A stretch of DNA of 64,000 bases from the human T2T-CHM13v2.0 reference genome, Homo sapiens: assembly GCF_009914755.1 (NCBI RefSeq), contig NC_060947.1. One strand, given 5' to 3'. The number at the start of each line of letters is the position of its first letter. Position 1 is the stretch's first letter. Both the position numbers and the translations under genes were made by a program. Positions 61,293-64,000 of the stretch are shown here, one piece after another. The notes beneath the pieces were generated by a model. That model did no database searches. It was not told the DNA's origin and was given only the letters and a program-made list of their open reading frames with translations.

Positions 61293-62309
61293 TTACAATT
61301 TGGCATGCTTTTACAGTGGCTTGTACCAGTTGTTCCTTTCCATGTTTAGTGCTTCCTTCAAGAGCTCTTGTAGGGCAGGCCTGGTGGTGACAAAATCACT
61401 CAGCATTTGCTTGTCTGTAAAGGATTTTATTTCTCCTTCACTTATGAAGCTTAGTTTGGCTGGATATGAAATTCTGGCTTGAAAATTCCTTTCTTTAAGA
61501 ATGTTGAATATTGGCCCCCACTCTCTTCTGGCCTATAGAGTTTCTGCCGAGAGATCAGCTGTTAGTCTGATGGACTTCCCTTTGTGGGTAACCCGACCTT
61601 TCTCTCTGGCTGCCCTTAACATTTTTTCCTTCATTTCAACTTTGGTGAATCTGACAATGATGTGTCTTGGAGTTGCTCTTCTTGAGGAGTATCTTTGTGG
61701 TGTTCTCTGTATTTCCTGAATTTGAATGTTGGCCTGCCTTGCTAGATTGGTGAAGTTCTCCTGGATAATATCCTGCAGAGTGTTTTCCAACTTGGTTCCA
61801 TTCTCCCTGTCACTTTCAGGTACACCAATCAGACGTAGATTTGGTCTTTTCACATAGTCCCATATTTCTTGGAGGCTTTGGTCATTTCTTTTTGTTCTTT
61901 TTTCTCTAAACTTCTCTTCTGGCTTCATTTCATTCATTTGATCTTCCATCACTGATACCCTTTCTTCCAGTTGATCACATCAGTTACTGAAGCTTGTGCA
62001 TTCGTCATGTAGTTCTCATGCCATGGTTTTCAGCTCCATCAGGTCCTTTAAGGACTTCTCTGCATTGGTTATTCTAGTTAGCCATTCGTCTAATCTTTTT
62101 TCAAGTTTTTAAACTTCTTTGCCATGGTTTTGAACCTCCTGCTTTAGCTCAGAGAAGTTTGATCTTCTGAAGCCTTCTTCTCTCACCTCATCAAAGTCAT
62201 TCTCCATCCAGCTTTGTTCCATTGCTGGTGAGGAGCTTCATTCCTTTGGAAGAGGAGAGGCACTCTAATTTTTAGAATTTTCAGCTTTTCTGCTCTGTTT
62301 TTTCCCCAT
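61293..62309 (-). pseudogene. L1RE1: L1 ORF1 (RNA-binding p40), disrupted
   Basis: ATG at 62309, TAA at 61293 (1017 bp); peptide SLQEIWDYVKRPNLRLIGVPE; premature stop at 61533. Confidence 0.85.
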
Positions 62310-63347
62310 CTTTGTGGTTTTATCTACCTTTGGTCTTTGATGATGGTGATGGACAGATTGGGTTTTGGTGTGGATGTCCTTTCTGTTTGTTAGTTTTTCT
62401 TCTAACAATCAGGACCCTCAGCTGCAGGTCTGTTGGAGTTTGCTGGAGGTCCACTCCAGACCCTGTTTGCCTGGGTATCAGCAGCAGAGGCTGCAGAACA
62501 GTGGATATTGGTGAACAGCAAATGTTGCTGCTTGATTGTTCCTCTGGAAATTTCGTTTCAGAGGGGTACCCAGCTGTGTAAGGTGTCAGTCTGCCCCTAC
62601 TGGGGGGTGCCTCCCAGTTAGGCTGCTCGGGGGCCAGAGACCCACTTGAGGAGGCAGTCTGTGTGTTCTCAGATCTCAAGCTGCGTGTTGGGATAACCAC
62701 TACTCTCTTCCAAGCTGTCAGACAGGGACATTTAATTCTGCAGAGGTTTCTGCTGCCTTTTGTTCGTCTATGCCCTGCCCCCAGAGGTGGAGTCTACAGA
62801 GGCAGGCAGGCCTCCTTGAGCTGTGGTGGGCTCCACCCAGTTCAAGCTTTCTGTCCAGTTTGTTTACCTACTTAAGCTTCAGCAATGGCAGGCGCCCCTC
62901 CCCCAGCCTTGCTGCCATCTTGCAGTTTGATCTCAGACTGCTGTGCTAGCAATGAGCGAGGCTCCGTGGGCATAGGACCCTCTGAGCCAGGTGCGGGATA
63001 TAATCTCCTTGTGTGCCTTTTGCTAAGACCATTGGAAAAGTGCAGTATTAGGGTGGGAGTGACCCGATTTTCCAGGTACCATCTGTCACCCCTTTCCTTG
63101 GCTAGGAAAGTGAATTCCCTGACCCCTTGCGCTTCCTGGGTGAGGCGATGCCTCACCTTGCTGCGGCTCATGCTTGGTGCACTGCACCCACTGTTCTGCA
63201 CCCACTGTCCTGCACCCACTATCAGACAAACCCCAGTGAGATGAACCCAGTACCTCAGTTGGAAATGCAGAAATCATCTGTCTTCTGCATCACTCACGCT
63301 GGGAGCTGTAGACTGGAGCTGTTCCTATTCAGCCATCTTGGAACCCC
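62310..63347 (-). promoter_or_regulatory. L1 5'UTR (sense promoter with YY1 site, antisense promoter region), CpG-decayed
   Basis: YY1 core gccatcttg at ~63332-63340; recognisable L1PA 5'UTR sequence. Confidence 0.85.
62885..63244 (+). CDS. L1 ORF0-like antisense ORF, 119 aa
   Basis: MAGAPPPALLPSCSLISDCCASNERGSVGIGPSEPG matches the known ORF0 N-terminus; Kozak-like gcaATGg; expression not shown. Confidence 0.6.
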   Translation: MAGAPPPALLPSCSLISDCCASNERGSVGIGPSEPGAGYNLLVCLLLRPLEKCSIRVGVTRFSRYHLSPLSLARKVNSLTPCASWVRRCLTLLRLMLGALHPLFCTHCPAPTIRQTPVR

Positions 63348-63715
63348 TGGAATATACTTTTTTATTGCTGATTGTGTTTATTTGCATCTTCTCCCTTTTA
63401 TGGTTAATTTAGCTACCAGTCTATCAATTTAATATCTTTTGTTCTGCAGTCCAAATTACATCCAGTATTTTTTGGTTGATTTTCTGCCTTGATGATCTGT
63501 CTAGCACTATTGGTGCAGTGTTAAAGTCACACACTATAATTAGTTTATCATCTGTCTCTTTTCTTAGATCTAGTAGTATTTGTTTTATGAATCTAGGTGA
63601 TCCAGTGCTGAGCACACATATATTTAGGATTGTTACATTTTCTTGTTACACTGATTCCTTTTTCATTATATAAAGACCTTCTTTGTCTTTTCGTTACTAT
63701 TGTTGATTTAAAGCA

Positions 63716-64000
63716 CTTTTTTTAATTTTTTTACTTTTTTAAATTATACTTTAAGTTCTGGGTCACATGTACATAATGTGCAGGTTTGTTACATAGGTGC
63801 CATGGTGGTTTGCTGCACCCATCAACCCGTAACCTATATTAGGTATTTCTCCTCATGTTATCCCTCCCCTAGGCCCCTACCCCCTGACAGGCCCCAATAT
63901 ATGATGTTCCCCTCCCTATATCCATGTGTTCTCATTGTTCAACTCCCACTTGTGAGTGAGAACATGCAGTGTTTCATTTTCTGTTCTTGTGATAGTTTGC
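63716..64000 (-). mobile_element. L1PA7/8-like 3' end, cut by window edge
   Basis: Poly-T, ttatactttaagttctggg...catggtggtttgctgcacccatcaaccc. Confidence 0.9.

Overview
Primate (probably human) AT-rich genomic DNA made up almost entirely of interspersed repeats. I see no host protein-coding gene, RNA gene or CpG island. From 1 to 14 kb it is a mix of unique sequence and old SINE, DNA-transposon and LTR relics (MIR, L2, L3, MER2, MER58, LTR1, Alu). From about 14 kb to the end it is a dense, nested pile of LINE-1 elements, mostly on the minus strand, with solo LTRs (LTR13, an ERV1 LTR, MSTA), Alus, MADE1 and Tigger3b inserted into or between them. It includes one full-length but inactivated L1PA5/6-type element (56240-63347) with ORF1, ORF2, a 5'UTR and an open ORF0. 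Nearly all predicted ORFs are L1/Alu/LTR remnants or simple-repeat artefacts. I found no convincing new biological system. The most interesting signals are mechanistic scars: an in-register L1-into-L1 insertion that keeps ORF2 in frame, a 3' transduction, an L1 fragment without poly(A) or target-site duplication (TSD) behind a templated hairpin, a MADE1 carrying MIR-like DNA in its loop, templated micro-insertions, and a ~47-bp-arm inverted repeat. Subfamily names come from my recollection of consensus sequences, not from a RepeatMasker run.
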